From: Klebsormidium nitens
Taxonomy: Eukaryota > Plantae > Klebsormidiophyceae
Length of the DNA: 64,000 nucleotides
Direction: 5' to 3'
Assembly (NCBI GenBank): GCA_000708835.1
Contig: DF236991.1
Span: 233,585-297,584, forward strand
The notes beneath the pieces are model-generated. The model was not told the DNA's origin and searched no databases. It saw nothing but the letters and a program-made list of their open reading frames with translations. A program made the position numbers and the translations under genes. The stretch's first letter is position 1, and every line of letters begins with the position of its first letter. Below, piece after piece: positions 63,301 through 64,000 of this stretch.

Positions 63301-64000
63301 GAATTGATGGTGAAGAGCGGAGGGCGTTTTCAAGGACCGTCAGATTTCAGGAAGTAAGCACTTCTTCACTGCCCGTAGTTCTCGGCAGGAGAAGAAGGGC
63401 GGTACCTGCCAGTGGGCCTGAGTGGGCCGCCCTCAAAAACTCTACCGGTTACGCCACCACGATCACCGACCTCTCGACCGGTATAACCACGCCCCTCGGA
63501 ATCTTCTTCGTGGTCAAAGACTCCCCGGCCCTTACCAAACTGAGATCAACTTAGAATCCTTTATTGAAAGGCGTTTCGATCCATGCTTCTAACTCGAAGC
63601 CTCATCTCTAGAACCTTGTTATTTTTGCAGGAGGCAAAGGGCGGTACCTGGGCCGCTCTGCGCAACTCGACCGGTAACTTCGCCACGATCACCGACCTCT
63701 CAACCGGTGAAACCACGCCCCTGGAGATCTTTTTCGTCGACAAAGACTCCCCGGCGCAAACGCTCCCGGCCCACAGTTTCCTCAGCGATTTGGACCTCTG
63801 GTACGGACCGGGGGCGCACGAGATCGGACCGAGCCTTTACACCGGTTACTTCGCGTACCTTGACGCGGGCGTTTTGCGGTCGGGGCGTCGCTACCGGGTG
63901 GAAACCGTGTCGTCGGTTTACAACAACGGAGATACGGTCGTGTATGATGTGAGTTGGAGAGAGAAGTTTCTGTGGAAGGTGTTAGAAGTATTTGCGCACT
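60378..64000 (+). CDS. Secreted cysteine-rich protein of unknown function, continues beyond the window
   Basis: Exons 60378-60574 (MAQAPTKRGLNLSAGPILVLLLLLPAAHA signal peptide), 61736-61873, 62312-62477 (VLCWAVCSPFYCACCDGSVQLSTVGDDVCPIDQTITDCPVCRQA) and 63631-63948. All are phase-consistent with GT-AG ends. Confidence 0.8.
60930..61735 (+). repeat. Five intronic echoes of the acceptor/5' end of exon 61736-61873, period ~157-162 bp
   Basis: ccaggaacccc.tggctacc.t.ga.aacgtccc.tgcgag..gttcca recurs near 60940, 61097, 61256, 61414 and 61573, with the true site at 61735. Confidence 0.92.
62478..63160 (+). repeat. Four donor-side echoes of the end of exon 62312-62477
   Basis: tcaccgactgccccgtctgccgccaagcNgtRagc recurs ending near 62643, 62820, 63000 and 63155. 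Confidence 0.88.
63385..63535 (+). repeat. Single echo of the acceptor/first ~140 nt of exon 63631-63948
   Basis: cag gagaagaagggcggtacctg...tgggccgccctcaaaaactctaccggt...gatcaccgacctctcgaccggt...aaagactccccggc matches the true exon start, with insertions. Confidence 0.88.

Overview
Eukaryotic, intron-rich genomic DNA. The plant-type fused HisHF with a plastid-like transit peptide and the plant-type aspartic protease suggest a streptophyte green alga such as Klebsormidium (inference). I reconstructed these genes by hand from GT/GC-AG junctions and reading frame: two tandem paralogs of a membrane-associated alpha/beta hydrolase (one cut by the window start); a frameshifted, internally duplicated plus-strand ORF; an ARM-like protein with a C-terminal MYND zinc finger; a NAT8/camello-like GNAT acetyltransferase with one uninterrupted coding exon; a ~10.7 kb pepsin-family aspartic protease gene with a long Pro/Ser/Thr-rich N-terminal extension; the 10-exon HISN4 (hisHF); two tandem 6-exon secreted alpha/beta hydrolases that share a GC-AG intron; possible decayed LRR sequence; and a secreted Cys-rich protein cut by the window end. 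The most striking unexplained structure is that six of the multi-exon genes (every fully resolved one except the first secreted hydrolase carries large arrays, and that one carries small ones) have intronic tandem arrays of degenerate copies of their own splice junctions ('exon echoes'). Units are mostly about 115-190 bp, with one 21-bp donor-site array, and copies tend to decay with distance from the functional exon. No rRNA, tRNA, CRISPR or intact transposase/RT was found. Coordinates of degenerate copies are approximate.
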